NCBI GenBank assembly: GCA_964016885.1 | Contig: OZ024743.1 | Location: 254,386,001 to 254,450,000 of the forward strand | Source: Eledone cirrhosa | Taxonomy: Eukaryota | Length of the DNA: 64,000 bases | Direction of reading: 5' to 3' | Shown: positions 25,706 through 39,256 of the stretch, piece after piece | How positions within the stretch are numbered: position 1 is the first letter of the stretch | How the letters are laid out: every line of letters starts with the position of its first letter | Notes under the pieces: model-generated | The model's database searches: none | What the model was told of the DNA's origin: nothing | The model's input: only the letters and a program-made list of their open reading frames with translations | Position numbers and translations under genes: made by a program

Positions 25706-27861
25706 TGGGAATCACTTTTATTTTATCTATAACTTCATTAAAGATATGTCTCTAATTTGTTTATTCTTTTATTTTCTTGATAAAAATTAATTCTTGAAAC
25801 TGTAACATAGCTGCTCAGTGGTAAAGATGGTGTTGTAGCTAATGTGGTCATCTAGAATTCATGTGTTTAATTCTCTGTAGTAGCTGCTGAAAACTTTCTC
25901 TGTTCAATGGGGTATTTTACCTGATTTTCTAAAGCTATTATTATTTATTGCCATCGCCTGTTGTTACAGTCATTTTCTGCTTTTCAATTCCCACATTTCA
26001 AATTTCAAGTCAAGCAAGCACCTCAATAAATCATGATATATATGTAAGTGAATCTGTATACATGTGTATATATCTATATCTATTTATATATACATATATA
26101 CATGTATGCATGTGTGTGTGTGTGCATATATATATATATATATGGATACATGTGTGTATATGTATATATGGAGGCATGGTTCAGAAGTTCAATTTGCAAA
26201 TACATATTTCTGGATTGGTTGCATGACATAACGCCTTGCACAAGTGTCTTCTATTTTAGCCTTGGGCTGGCCAATGCCTACTGAGCACAAAGCCTGTCAT
26301 AAGAATATGTACATGTGTATGCTTTTATGCATCTGAGTTTGTCTGTCGCTTCTCCTGGCTTCATTTTATTGTAAGGACATGGGGTGACATTTGTTTATGT
26401 CCCACGTAAACAAAAGTTACATGGCTCATCCACTGAATTCTACCACAAACATTCTTGTCAAACCCATGCTAGCATGGAAAACCAGACATAATTCAATAAT
26501 AATAATAACAACAACGATGACGACGGTGACGGCGACGACATTTAGAGCAACCATCTCATCGATGGAAACATGGAAATAGGGATGCAAATCTATGAAATAT
26601 TTTCATCTGATATATGAACAGTTTCACATACTTAGTGACCTCAGATATATAATTTATTGACACATCAACTTAGCTAACTATTGTTTAAACTATGCTCAGA
26701 GCATGCCATTTGCGTTTTGATATGAGAATTTGTCAAAGGAAACATATATTATTATTATTCTTGCTGTTGTTGTTCTTCTAGTCATTAGTTTCACCTATTT
26801 ATCAACAAGAATAATAAGCATACTTTACACTGTTTACATGATCTCTTTGTTTAGTTCTAAACCATATGTTACTCCAATACAGTATATTATCCAATCATTT
26901 TAGAATTATATTTTTATAGATACACAGATACACACAATGCATTTAACTATGAAACATCCTGGATTTATAGGAATTATTTTTATCTTTTCTGTGTATTGTT
27001 GTATCATAGAAGAGAAAACTTGAGGGGAGTATAAACTCAGTATAAACTTGAGCCAGTGTTGTTAGTCAAACAAAAGCAAAACGTGTTGTTTCTAAAACAC
27101 AATTTATTTCTTTAAATATTCAATGAAAATAAATAATAACAAATATTCGTCTAAATACAATAAAAGAATCTTCAATCATTGCTATGTCAATGATATGAGC
27201 TCTCTTGTGTGAAGAACACCAGAATATAATCAGTACAAATATGAGAACAATATCAGTGTTGATATTTTCTTTGAGGTGTTACAAGGCAAAGGAAACTTTG
27301 TTTTCTTTTAAGGAAGAAAGTATGAACTGTATGGATCTAAGACTGTATCTAAACTAATATATACCAAGATTGTATTGTATTGCTCTCATGTGTTATATTT
27401 TCTTATATATATATAAAACAAATAGTTATCGCTCTACATGGCTGAATACAATAAATTTAATCTGAGTTTTTCGAATATTAATAATAATATTTTATTCGTT
27501 TGTAATTATGCAATCATCCTCTTTCAAGCTATGTCAGTAGAATGAGCCCCTCATTCTTGCTCTTGTGTTCATGTAAACAGAACTGCAGACACTAGCGTTT
27601 CTGAGTAATTACTCTTCATCTGTGCATTTTACTTTTCACCTGCCAACTATCAGAGCTAGTGAAAATATATATTTTCATCAGGTAACTTAGAGAGAATTAC
27701 AAACAGGGTCACATTGAACCCAAACTTATCATGAAAGGTAGGGAAAAGAGAATAGGAAAATGAAAAATGAAAATATGACCTGGGGGACTGCCTTTAAAAA
27801 AACTGTTGTAGTGTGGAAAGGCAGCCCCCGAGTTAAATGGTATATATATATATATATATAT

Positions 27862-28025
27862 AATTCAGAATGGTTTATCAAAGGGGAAAGGAAGGGAACC
27901 ACAGTTAAATAAAGTACTCAATATATTAGTTGAGAAAGTATATATCTATTTGATATAAGGCTGTTTCATTCGTGTAAAGTTATCAGGACACTCCTCATGA
28001 TTTCAAACGAATGACACATGTCTCG
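27862..28025 (-). repeat. Diverged copy of the 2064-2255 hammerhead-like palindrome family
   Basis: ctgtttcattcg..atcagg..cct.atgat..cgaatga, plus a shared tattga.tac.tta.ttaa segment. Confidence 0.55.
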
Positions 28026-29224
28026 TTTTATAAAGGGCATTACTATATGCAATACATATATATGTGTGTGTGGGTAATTTACATATTTTGGGAGTGAGAG
28101 CAGTGAATATTTAACAACTTTAATGTTGATATTTTCTTTAAAACAAATTGCGAGACATGATTATTTTAGTAAAGAGTTTTCTTTAAGATGGAATAAAGTG
28201 TGAAATGCTTGTATTTAGGGGTAAAAGATGTATATAACTTGACAGCCAAATTTGTAAATTAAATCTGACGCATCAGTTTCTAGATATAGCTAATTGTTAT
28301 ACTGGACCTTTTCTCCACAGCACTGAGGTAATTTCTCGATATTTGGAATTCAGCCACCAGAACTAATTAAGAGCTGCTTATCTACAATCATAATACTTGC
28401 GAGATGACTATCAGAAAATCAAATAATGCCTTAGAGTATTTCATAGCTTGCAAGCTCTCTTGTCTACCAGAATTATAACTGCATCTTGTGGATCTTTGCC
28501 AAAAGGATTTGCAATGATTTAACAGAAATGTCTAGTTACCACTTATCAATCAGGATTGTTTTGTAAGTAGGTACTCTTGCAGATAAAGCCTCTACATTGT
28601 TTTTTATTTATTTGTACCAACAAATCTTCTCTCGTTTTACATGAAGACCTTGGTCGATTATATTGACTGCAGAAATAGCAACTATATCCTCCTCAAATGA
28701 CACCCTACCATATGTTATCAATACAAGTACATTGCTTCTACATACACTGAAAAACAAATGGAATGGTTATGGCTGGAATCCTTTTGATCAAAAGCCTACT
28801 TAATCAATGTTGACTTGAGGCTAAACAACAACAACAGCAACAACATGATCCACAGTAGGAACCTCTACATAGTCAATTAACCTTATCAGAAGTAGCAGCC
28901 AAATATTCAGATTGTACACTAACATCTTTAGAAAACTGAGCACATTGGATATGGGAACACCATATATACTGCATAAGAAACACACACCCCAAAACAAAAG
29001 CAGAAAAAGACAGTGTGGTCACGATTAGGATATCTTGATAATAGTAGGTAGGCTTGATTAGAGTTAATAATTTGGGGCTAAAATTTACCACCATCATCGT
29101 AAGGCAAGAGAGAAAAAGTATGCACACATTGAATGACAGACGTCAACTGATAATAAATACTAACTATAACGAAACATCGTACTACAGTCGTTCTCACCAT
29201 GGTCACCTTGTCCTATTTTTAATT

Positions 29225-30887
29225 TTCGGTGGGGCTCTGAACAATGTAGATCAGTCTAAGGCATTCGATAGGGTCGACCATCGATACTTGGAAGCGGTTC
29301 TCAGAGCGACCGGTTTCGGTCCCGTTTTTAGGGACTGGATCAAGGCGATGCACACCAGCATCTGCTCGAGGGTCAAAGTGAACGGCTACCTATCGGAGCC
29401 ATTCGCAATCACACATTCCATTCGACAGGGATGCCCTCTTTCCTCAATTCTGTACGTATTGAGTGTAGAGCCACTACTGCGGAAGTTGGAGCAAATTTCT
29501 CGGGGTTTGGTTCGGTCCAGAGCTCCAGGTGGAGTAAAACCTGAACGAGGTCATGGCCAAGGTATTTGCGCTCACCCAGAAGTCAGCAGAGTGCACACTG
29601 TCTTTGAAAGGTCGAGCGGAGGTGGCGAACACTTTCATAGCGTCCGTCATCTACTACCGCTTGACTGTCGTGCCTTGTCCCCGTGAAGACCTCACCAAGA
29701 TGGAACGCATGCTCTTCCAGTTCCTGTGGAAGAAGCAGGCTCCACTGGTGAGGTGATCCGTCTTCTGTCAACACCCTTCCAACGGAGGGCTGGGCATGAC
29801 GTGGCTAATGATACGCAAACATGCGCTGAGGCTACGGCATCTCCAGGTATTCCTCACCGACCAACCGGTGTGGGCACCGTTTGTGAGACAGGCCTTCCCA
29901 CAACTTGTCTCGCTGACGGAGCTGCAGCCCTGGGTGAAGCGAAGACCGAAGAAGATGGGCGCCTGACACATTGAATGCGCCCAGGCGCTTACAGTCCTCT
30001 GTCAAGCGGGCACAGCAATCAGTGGAGACTCCACTTCGATATTCTATAGAGGGTTAGTACTTTACAAGTGCGACGACGTGCTCGGGGAGACTCTAGGCGT
30101 CGAAGACGACAAGCTCACGAGTCTGTTAGGTAGGACTTTCCGCCCGGTAGCTATTGACAGCTTCCAGAGGTCCCTGGCCTGGCAGTGCTACCGAGGAGCT
30201 CTACCCGTTCGAGATAATATCAACAGGCACGGACGCCCGGCAGGGATCCTTCCAAGAGGACGTATCGAAGTTGCGAGCAGGACATTGAAACCGTCTTGCA
30301 CGCAATTGTACACTGCCCTGGCGTAAGTGATCTGTGGAACTATGCAGAACAACTGCTATCGGGACAAATTCAGTTGACTGCCGAGTCCATAGTAAGGATC
30401 AAACCGCCAGCCTCTTTCAAAAACAAAGGAGGGGCGGTTTTCCTCTGTACACTGGCTATGGTGAAAGAGGTTATATGGTGGACGAGATTGAGAGGACTGA
30501 GGACAGATGCCTTTCTCTCCGGACAACAATTGATTCCCTTCTTTAAGTATCACTTTAGAAGGAGAATCAGAGTGGAGAGAGAGGCACTGCATCCCAGTAA
30601 ATTTACTGAAAGGTGGGTGAATGAAGCGAAAATGGCCCGAGTGATTGGGCCTTCTCTGTTTATAAGCCTGTGGGTTGAAGAAGAGAGCAAAGGGAAGAAA
30701 GGAGCACTGGCACAACACGCGACGGGGTATTAAACAACCGATTTGTGGCGCTTCCCACCTATTGGGGATTTCGATTGTTATAATTGTTTGTTTCAATATT
30801 TTTTACACGACTGTATGTAAAATCCCCGGCATGTGTCTTTGTATTGTCCCCTTTTCTTGTGCGCCCTTGTGGCAAATAAAGAAATAT
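29225..30887 (+). mobile_element. Internally deleted 3' part of a Tx1/L1-like LINE
   Basis: DQSKAFDRVDHRYL..RQGCPLS and downstream frames parallel ORF 40999-42681; the YADD region is deleted near 29495; same 3' end. Confidence 0.9.
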
Positions 30888-32369
30888 ATCGATGTCCTTG
30901 TGCTTTATCTATTTTCTTATTTATGCTTCTTGTGTCTCCTGTTGTCTTTCTCTTTTATTATCTCTGCCTGTCTCTCTTTCTCTCTCTCTTGTTGCTGTTT
31001 CTTAATTGTAATGGGTATTGTAAGGCCTACTCTGTCATAGCCTACTAGCTGTATATTGACGTTTAAATTAATTAAATAAACACTTGGCTTCGTCGAATAC
31101 CTAACCGATTGTTTGTCCAATTTCTATTTACAAATGTTGGTATTTTTTAAATTAGATATAACTTGAATACATATGGCTAGTGCCAGTATACCTCTCAATA
31201 AGTTATAAGTTTAAGCTACCCGCTTTTTCTTCTGGTCTGTTAACCTGGTTTTCACGCACCGAAACACTAACGCTGCAGTAACTAAACCATCCTTACAACA
31301 CGTGGAATGTGTTAACGCCTTTACAGGCAAGAGAAAAAACAAAGATAAACACGGATAAAATAATTAAAAAAATATTTACTGCCTTGTTTCTTCTCAATTT
31401 TATTGGTGGTGATTCTCAGCAGGCATTTTTCAACGTAATGAGTTGGTAATCGAAGCTCCAGCTTAATGCAGTGATTTGGTAGTTATGGAAAAAGTAAAAC
31501 CTATAAGTGAATATAATTCAGACGAAGGAATATGTCTATAGAAATTGAAAGATTTTTTTTACAATTTAGTTGTTCATGATAAAGATTATCTTGCCTGCAT
31601 TTAAATATGGAACCACAGAAGTATCATTTGTCAACAATAGCACTTGTTCAACAAATCGTACACAACAAGCAACACACCACCCAAACAAAATCCCTACTAA
31701 AATGTTGACCATGATGTGATGAAGCAGACAAACTTTCTGAACACAACCTTCTTTGGTTTTGCTGTAGGTGACCAGACAACGCAATAAATACAGCAACTTA
31801 CAAACAGCATGGTAACAAAGAGGGAAACCATACACTAGATGAAAACGAATATTTTGTCTACGATCTATTAACACTTTTTTGTTTCTTATTGTTTTTGCAA
31901 AAATAAAATAAATATCCTCCACTGATTTTGGTACATTTCAAAATCCTTTCCTCAATTTTAACTTCTTAACTTCAATGTTTTAACATCTCACTGTTCTATT
32001 TTTGTACATTTATTGAATTAATTATTCTAAATATTTACATACACACAAATCCATCCCAACATCTCGCACATATTTCCTCTTATTTGGAACATCTCAAAAT
32101 TCTTTTTTCAGTTTGAACTTCCTCTCTTCAACGTTTCAATATCTCACTGCTCTATTATTGCACTTTATTTAATATTTTAAATGTTTACACACACATAATA
32201 TTGATCTCAACATCTTAGACACATTTTCCCCAAACACAGAATTCATTTCTCTGTTTTAGCTCGCTCCCTATTCCCGTGAGGTTCGCACAACCCTCTTACC
32301 TGCCCATCAATTGGTGATCGGTTGAAAAAATATCACTATTTATATCTGAATTTAAATTATTTAAAGGTC

Positions 32370-34175
32370 ATGCACCAAGTGACCAGGCGACCTGCGTGGT
32401 TAAACGATTTCGTAACATCTTATCAGCCTTCATCCCCCTGTTCTCATTCTAGAGGAGCAAACTTATCTGACTATCTCTCCCCTCTATCGTCAGATTCAGT
32501 TGAAATTAGCCCTGTTCATCCCCTTTTTCATCCCACTACTCCCGAGACAGTTAGCTTGCCTGCAACGCAACCTGCCTCCCCTCATCCAAGCCAGAGTTAG
32601 CGTTGTTCACCCGGTTCCTCTTACTTCGCAGGTCTGAACCTTGCTCTGACGTCCAGATCCCTGTTGAGGATTTTGCCACTGCCCACCGGGGCTTGTCTAA
32701 GTTGAAGCTCAGCAATCAGATCCCAAAGAGAGCTCGGACCTGTTTCGCCCGTACTTTCTCCAAACTGTTGAAAGACAACTGCCTATCCAAAAACACGTTG
32801 GATTGGCAGAAACTGTTCTTATTCCCTCTATTTTCTTTGCACGTCACTAACGCGAAAACAAGATCCCTCATATCTTCCCTAAAACGGCATTTAGAGATGT
32901 TTGAATCCAGCCCAACTACTTCTCATCTCAGGTCTGAACAAAGGACGATCATCGAACTTAAAGAAGGCCGTCAATGCCAAATCCAAAGCATGTTTTCGGT
33001 TCCAGGCTGCCTGTCCATCGAATTTTCCCCTATTCAGCTAGGGGTGGGTACCAAGCTCACGCCACTTTTACTAACTTGGCTTCTGAGACCCCAAACGTTA
33101 TCTCAAACTTGATCTCAGTAAAGCTTCAATACCATCCGTTGGGACGTCATCCTCAGTTCAGTAAGATGGAGCTGACCTGGATTTGAATATCTGGTATTTC
33201 GATGATGTTTGTTTGAGAGGTCCTCCAGATAAGCTCCTTGCAACCACGAAGACTATGGTTGAGGAATTGTTCGTAGGAGCCTTCCCGTCCACATTTCCAA
33301 ATGCAAGCTCTGGCCCAACAACCATCACCTTCACACTAGCAGACTGTAAACATGTTTACAGAGTCCTTCCCCTGTATCACGGCTCTTCTTCCATGAGCGT
33401 GGTGCTCCATTGAAGCCCGAATTACTTCGAGTCCTTCTTAGGATCTAAGTTGGCCAACCTTGAGCAACTTTAAAAAAACCTCGACGCTATTGAGCCTCAC
33501 CAAGGTATTTTTTATACTTAGGAATTACATGTCGATTCCTAAGTTGTTGTATTTCCTCAAAGTTAATCCCTCTTACATATTCTCATCGTCTTCCAACGCT
33601 TTCACAACTTAACCTTCAGTGAACTCGAGGGCTTGGTCAATATCTAACTCTCACCAGTCTCTCTCGACCAGGCGGTTTTACCCAAATGGTTTGGAGGTCT
33701 CGGTCTGAATAAATGCTCTCTTCTGTCTTTACCTTGCTTTCTTTCCTCCATTTACGCTAGCTCCCCTTTAGTAGGTGACATTCTCTCCTTTCCAACATGG
33801 ACTATTTCTACCAGGGAGAAGGATGAAACCATATTATATTAGAGGGTACTAGATCTGTTAGTTTCTGATACTGACGAGGATAGACGGAAGCAGAGAGTAT
33901 GGGGAATCTGCGTCTGAGCGATACCTTCAACTCTCTCTTTGATCAATTTTCAAGGTGTCGCATACTTTCTGAAAGCGCACGATTCTCGTGAGACTGGGTT
34001 GATGACTTGTTTGTGGACAACATTAATAGTCTTCTCAGTCTAGATGAGTTCCGCATCGCTGTTGCCTACCGAGTGGGAGCCGATATCAGTGAGGGTCCGA
34101 AATGTCGTTGTGATAGTACTCGCTATTTCACAGGCTTCCATGGTTTGTCTTGCCGTATGAATGCTGGTTCCTTCA
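32370..34175 (+). mobile_element. Degraded CRE-clade (RLE) non-LTR retrotransposon
   Basis: NIWYFDD (RT), LP..FGGLG and LSLDEFRIAVAYRVGA...CRC....GFHGLSC (CCHC). Confidence 0.75.
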
Positions 34176-35019
34176 CCCCCAAGCAAGACCAACCATGCTT
34201 CTTTTTGATATCCAACCATTTTGCTCATACTCTACCTCTGTGTCACTCGCCAGTTAGCTTAACCTGTAAACTCTGTCCAGCGATTCTTTCCTTATACATT
34301 CTAACTACGTCCATAGCACCGGATCTATGATTTCTACTTGTAACGACACTGATCTCCAAGCTATGCACCCTATCGAGTAACATTACCTTAATGACCTTTC
34401 GGGGGAACCTCATTTCCATCGTTTTTTTTTTTCGGTCATTACCTCTGGTTCATAACCATAGGTAAGGGTGGATACGAACGTCGAAGTTGACTTTTACACT
34501 TACACCATCTGCTAAAAAAATACTTGAGGTAAGCCAAAATTACTTATTTGTTAATGTAGAACTCTTAATTTACAGTTCGTATTTACATATGCTGTAACTT
34601 TTTAATATATAATTTAAACACATATACAATTAACAAAGTCAATGAACAATAACAATAAAAATTAGTCAACAAGAAAGGAAAATGTCGAACTTATGCACTT
34701 AGTTATATACCGGTATTTACATCCTAATATTTTTGAGAGAACCTCAAATTTTCGTAAATTAATCGACAGTTTGAGCTCTGATTATTAAATATTGGTCTCC
34801 TGGCAAATAAGTTAAACCACTGGCTATCTATTTATTATTTGTTTATAAAGATAATTTAATCCAGTGATCGATCTATCTGTCTATGTACTGTTGTAGCACA
34901 ACAGTTGTTTCCTCACAGTCTACGATTTTTAATCACAATGTACCATAAAATTTGCTTGATACTCGGGTCGATGTAGAGCTATTCAATAATAATAACAAGA
35001 TGGACTAGTTCCACCAGAG

Positions 35020-35335
35020 AGATGGATAAAGCTTTACTACAGTGAAGGGAGCAGGTTTTGTGAGTTCCCAATACTGACGAGGATTGACGGAAGCAGAGAG
35101 TATGGGACAATCTGCGTTCGAGTGAATCTTTCAACTCTTTCTTTGACTATTCTGATCAATTTTCTAGGTGCCACTTACTTTCTGCAAATGCAAAATTCTC
35201 GAGGGACTGGAGAGACACCCTGCCTGTGGCCAATATTGGCAGTCTCCTCAGTCAGGATGAGCTCCGCATCTACATTGCAACCCGAGTGGGAGCAGATGAC
35301 TGTGTGAGTATGAGATGTCGCTGTGGTAGCTCCAG
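35020..35335 (+). mobile_element. Second CRE-like fragment
   Basis: IGSLLSQDELRIYIATRVGADDC...CRCG; DNA is similar to 33800-34115. Confidence 0.75.
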
Positions 35336-35494
35336 GGTCGGGTTTAGACCTTGGGAGTCCCGAGGATTGGAGGCCACCTCATACACAAAAAAATTAGAAT
35401 ACACAGCAAACGCCCCAATTTTACATATCAATGTAGCTTGACGCAAGTAATTTGAATTGAAAAGTTAAGCATACAATTATTAAATTCAAAATTT

Positions 35495-35599
35495 TTAACC
35501 ATCCTGAAACTAAAAAGCCCAGCTGAGGGGACATATAAATTGCTTCGGCTTGATGTTTTCATTTCAGCTTGGCAGCTGGCTTAAAATTCTGAGGGTTAA
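35495..35599. mobile_element. Tiny TTAA-flanked MITE
   Basis: TTAAccatcctgaaactaaaagcccagctg ... cagctggcttaaaattctgagggTTAA. Confidence 0.5.
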
Positions 35600-35654
35600 A
35601 GAAGTTAACACAGTGTCGTCGGATGGCAGATGATATGTTTGAGCATTACACAGA

Positions 35655-35870
35655 CATGCAAATCCTTTTCGTAGTTCTCAGGGAGATTCAGTGTGACACA
35701 ATGTGTGACAAGGCAGTTCATTCGAATTACATGTACAACTCATTTTTGCCAGCTGAGAGGACTGGACCAACGTGAAATAAAATGTCTTGCTAAAGGACAC
35801 AACACGCCGCCGGGAATCAAACACACGACGTTAAGATTGTGAGCCAAATACCCTAAACACGCGCTTTCAC
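35655..35870 (-). mobile_element. tRNA-derived CORE-type SINE
   Basis: Minus-strand tRNA head (gtttgattcccggc) and core gtgtcctttagcaagacattttatttcac. Confidence 0.65.
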
Positions 35871-35939
35871 GCACATAATTTCTCATCTAAACACACACAC
35901 ATATATATATATAAAACACAAATACGTACACACATATAT

Positions 35940-37243
35940 AAACCCCCAAACTCTCTCGCTCTCCCTATATCCCACTACATATGTCACATTCTATCAATGT
36001 CACAATTCCCCCTCTCTCATTAAACACAAAATTATTCCTCTCTCTATATTCCACTATATATCCCACTCTTTTTCACTCTCTTAATTCCCTCGCTCTCATT
36101 AAACCAACAAACTGTCTCTTGCTCTCTATATCCCACTACATACCTCTCACTCTCTAACAATTCCCTTTCTCTCATTAAACCACCAAATCCCCCCCCCCCC
36201 CATTCTCTTTCTTCCACTGCATAACTCGCTCTCTTAATTCCCCCTCTCTCACTAAACCAACAAATTCACCCCCGCTCTCTATATCTCATTACATTCAACC
36301 CACTCTCTCACAATTCCCCTCTCTCACTTAACCACCAAATTCTTTCCCCTCTATATATATTCCACTATATATCTCACTCTCTTAACAACCCTCTCTCTCA
36401 CTATAATAAAATCTCACCCCTCTCTATAACCCACAACATGCTCACCTCTCACAATTCCCCCTCTTTCACTACATCACCAAATTCTTTCCTCTCTCTCTAT
36501 TTCGCTACAAACCTCACACTCTTTCACTCTCTTAATTCCTCCTCTCTCATTCGACTAATAAATTCTCTTCCCCTCTCTATATTCCACTACATACCTCATT
36601 CTCTCTCATTCTCACAAAACACTCTCTGTCATTAAACCAACAAATTCCCTCCCCCTCTCATTAAACCAACAAACTCCCCCCCTCTCTCTATCCTACTATA
36701 TTTTTCACCCTCTCTCACAATTCCCCCTCTCTCACTAGACTTCAAAATTCACCCCACTCGCTATATCTCACTACATACCTCACTCTTTCTCACAACCCCC
36801 CTCTCTCACTAAACCAACAAACTCTCTCTCCCCTACTCTATACCACTATATAACTCACTCTCTCACAATTCCCCCTCTCTCACTAGACCACCAATCAATA
36901 ACCCCCTCTCTATATCCTACTACATACCTCACTCTTTCTCACAATTCCCCCTCTCTCACTAGACCACCAAATTCACTCCCCCTCTCTATATCTCGCTACA
37001 TATCTCACTCTCTCTAATAATACCCCTCTCTCAGTAAAATAACAAACTCTCTCCTCACTCTATACCACTACTTACCTCACTCTGACTAGACCACCAAATT
37101 ATCTCCTCCCATCAATGTTCCACTACATAACTCACTCTCTTTATTCACCCTCTCTCACTAAAGCAACAAATACTCTCCCGCTCTCTATCTGCAGTACATA
37201 CCTCACGCTCGCTCACAATTCCCCCTCTCTCACTAAACCAACA
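35940..37243. repeat. Minisatellite/satellite, ~75-bp G-poor unit, ~17 diverged copies
   Basis: aattccccctctctcactaaaccaccaaa...ctctatatcccactacatac recurs every 72-78 bp. Confidence 0.9.
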
Positions 37244-37438
37244 TAGACGTGTATTACTTCGCTCCGGATTTTTACGGATTATTGTTAAAAAAAAATGTGA
37301 GTTCATTGTTCAATTTATTAGCATTGTTTAGTTAACCCCTTGCCTGGGCCTTCAGACGTTGAGTCAACTAAGTTTCGCCCCTTTCTGGGGCGAAATTTTC
37401 ATTTTTATCTCAAAACTGTGGAGACTTGGTAGTCAACA

Positions 37439-39256
37439 ATGGATGCCATTTCAACCTCGCACACTGTCGCGAGTGCCATGCCCACTAAGAAAAGTGGTGG
37501 AGGGAAGGTAGGATTACAAAGCTTGCAGCCTCCCCCCCCCCCCTCGCATCATCGAAAAACGTGAAAAATATCGAAACCACGAAACCAAACCCAGTAAATA
37601 ATACCAGCACCAAGAACAATGACAATAACACCACAACCAACAACTGCAACAATAGCAACACCAAGGAAAACATGAACAATATTACCAACAGTGACAGTAA
37701 CAAAAAAGACGACAACACCAAAACAACATTCGCACAGACCGTAAAAAAAAAAAACGAACTATACACGCCAATAGACATAACAAATGCTAAACAACTATTA
37801 CAAGACCAAAACAATTCGTGACTTTTGGCGAAAACGGTGCTTTTAGCATCAATTCTCCACAGGAATTACGTAGAAAGGCTGTCCTGAAAACTGTGGTTTT
37901 CAGGACAATATCGAACGAAACAAGAAAACCAGCTCAATTATCACAAAATGAAATTGAGCTGGTTCTAAAAGATGCAATGAAGGACTTAACCTTCATACAA
38001 AAAGGTAAACTGTTTGGTAGCATTTCGGTGCTAATGAACAACCAGTCAACAGCTCAAAAGTACTCGGTAGCACCCATTGTGTCCCCCCGCTTCACCTTTT
38101 TCCCCACATACAGGGGAAAAAGGACACAAAGAATAAAAATGAGTATCACACCAAATATAAATATTTGGTGGATACTATGTGGAATAATTAACTTTGACGA
38201 AGACAAGATAATTTCAATAGGAAAGTCCTCCGGAGGTGTATTTGGTGGGACCACCGTAGAAGTTCTGGTGCAAATGAGCCCAGAACGAATAGCGAATATC
38301 CCACAACGCGTACCCCTGGACGGGCTAACTTATATAAACATTTCAGTGGAGGGAAGGCGGCCGTCATGTTACCACTGCTTAAGCAGGGGTCACCTGAGGG
38401 CTGCTTGTCCTCAATTAACGAGTAAAAAAAAAAGGCTCTTCTGCCAACCCCGAACACAACACAACCACCACCACCACAACAACACGGAAAAATAACAACA
38501 CAAAACACTGTTCCACCCAACCCCTCCCCACCTAAAACAAATACAAAAGCAACCACAACAAAACCCCCAAATATACCCCTCCCCAACAACACGGAAGAGG
38601 ACTCCGTATCAACGTCACCCAGTGACGACGAGGGAGAACCCTTTCAACAGGTGAAAAGGAAAAAAAAAAGGCACCACATCAACAAAAATGCCACAAACAC
38701 ACAGCCACCAGCACAAACAGAACAAACATCACAAATAAAAAAAACCACCCCTCCCCAAAACATAACACGTACTATAAAACGCAAACACCCGCAAGAACAA
38801 CAAACAAAAACAAACACAACACAACAAAAACTCTATACATACATTAACAAGAACAATAAAACGTTGATGAAAGCGATAGAAAATAACCCTTCGGTGGAAA
38901 CCGAAGGCATCACTTTCACCTACGCAGCGAACAAACCTCACCTAATGATGATTAGGGTCCCAACGGAAACCTATGTAACTTTGAAAAAGAACCATCCAAT
39001 GCATGTGGGGACCAACTGCACCAAACCACATAACAGCGTCCTATTGAGATGTTTCCCCACCCCCACATCAGACACCCACACCCCACCAAACACCCTAATC
39101 CCACCACACACTGATGTCCTCACCCCACCACCCCACCAAACAACCCTTCCAACACCCCCATGGAAATTGTGCAGCCTGGCCCCCAGGAGACGAAGAGGTA
39201 AGTCATTTCCTTTCCTCTTCCTTTTTACCTCTTCAGCACCAGCATGGCCAATATAA
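37439..39256 (+). pseudogene. Tx1-like ORF1 (gag-like zinc knuckle), frameshifted
   Basis: Fragments 37561-37821, 37818-38495 (VEGRRPSCYHCLSRGHLRAAC) and 38651-39256. Confidence 0.75.

Noticed and set aside
25010-25870. tRNA-like heads (gctcagtggtaaag) at about 25018, 25385 and 25813
   Set aside because: No cloverleaf or intact B-box; decayed SINE heads at most
37345-37396. Antisense type II hammerhead-like string (gggc-GAAAC..CTGAAG-gccc) in the Tx1 5' UTR
   Set aside because: A9 is missing, stems I and III are too short, and a competing perfect hairpin is present
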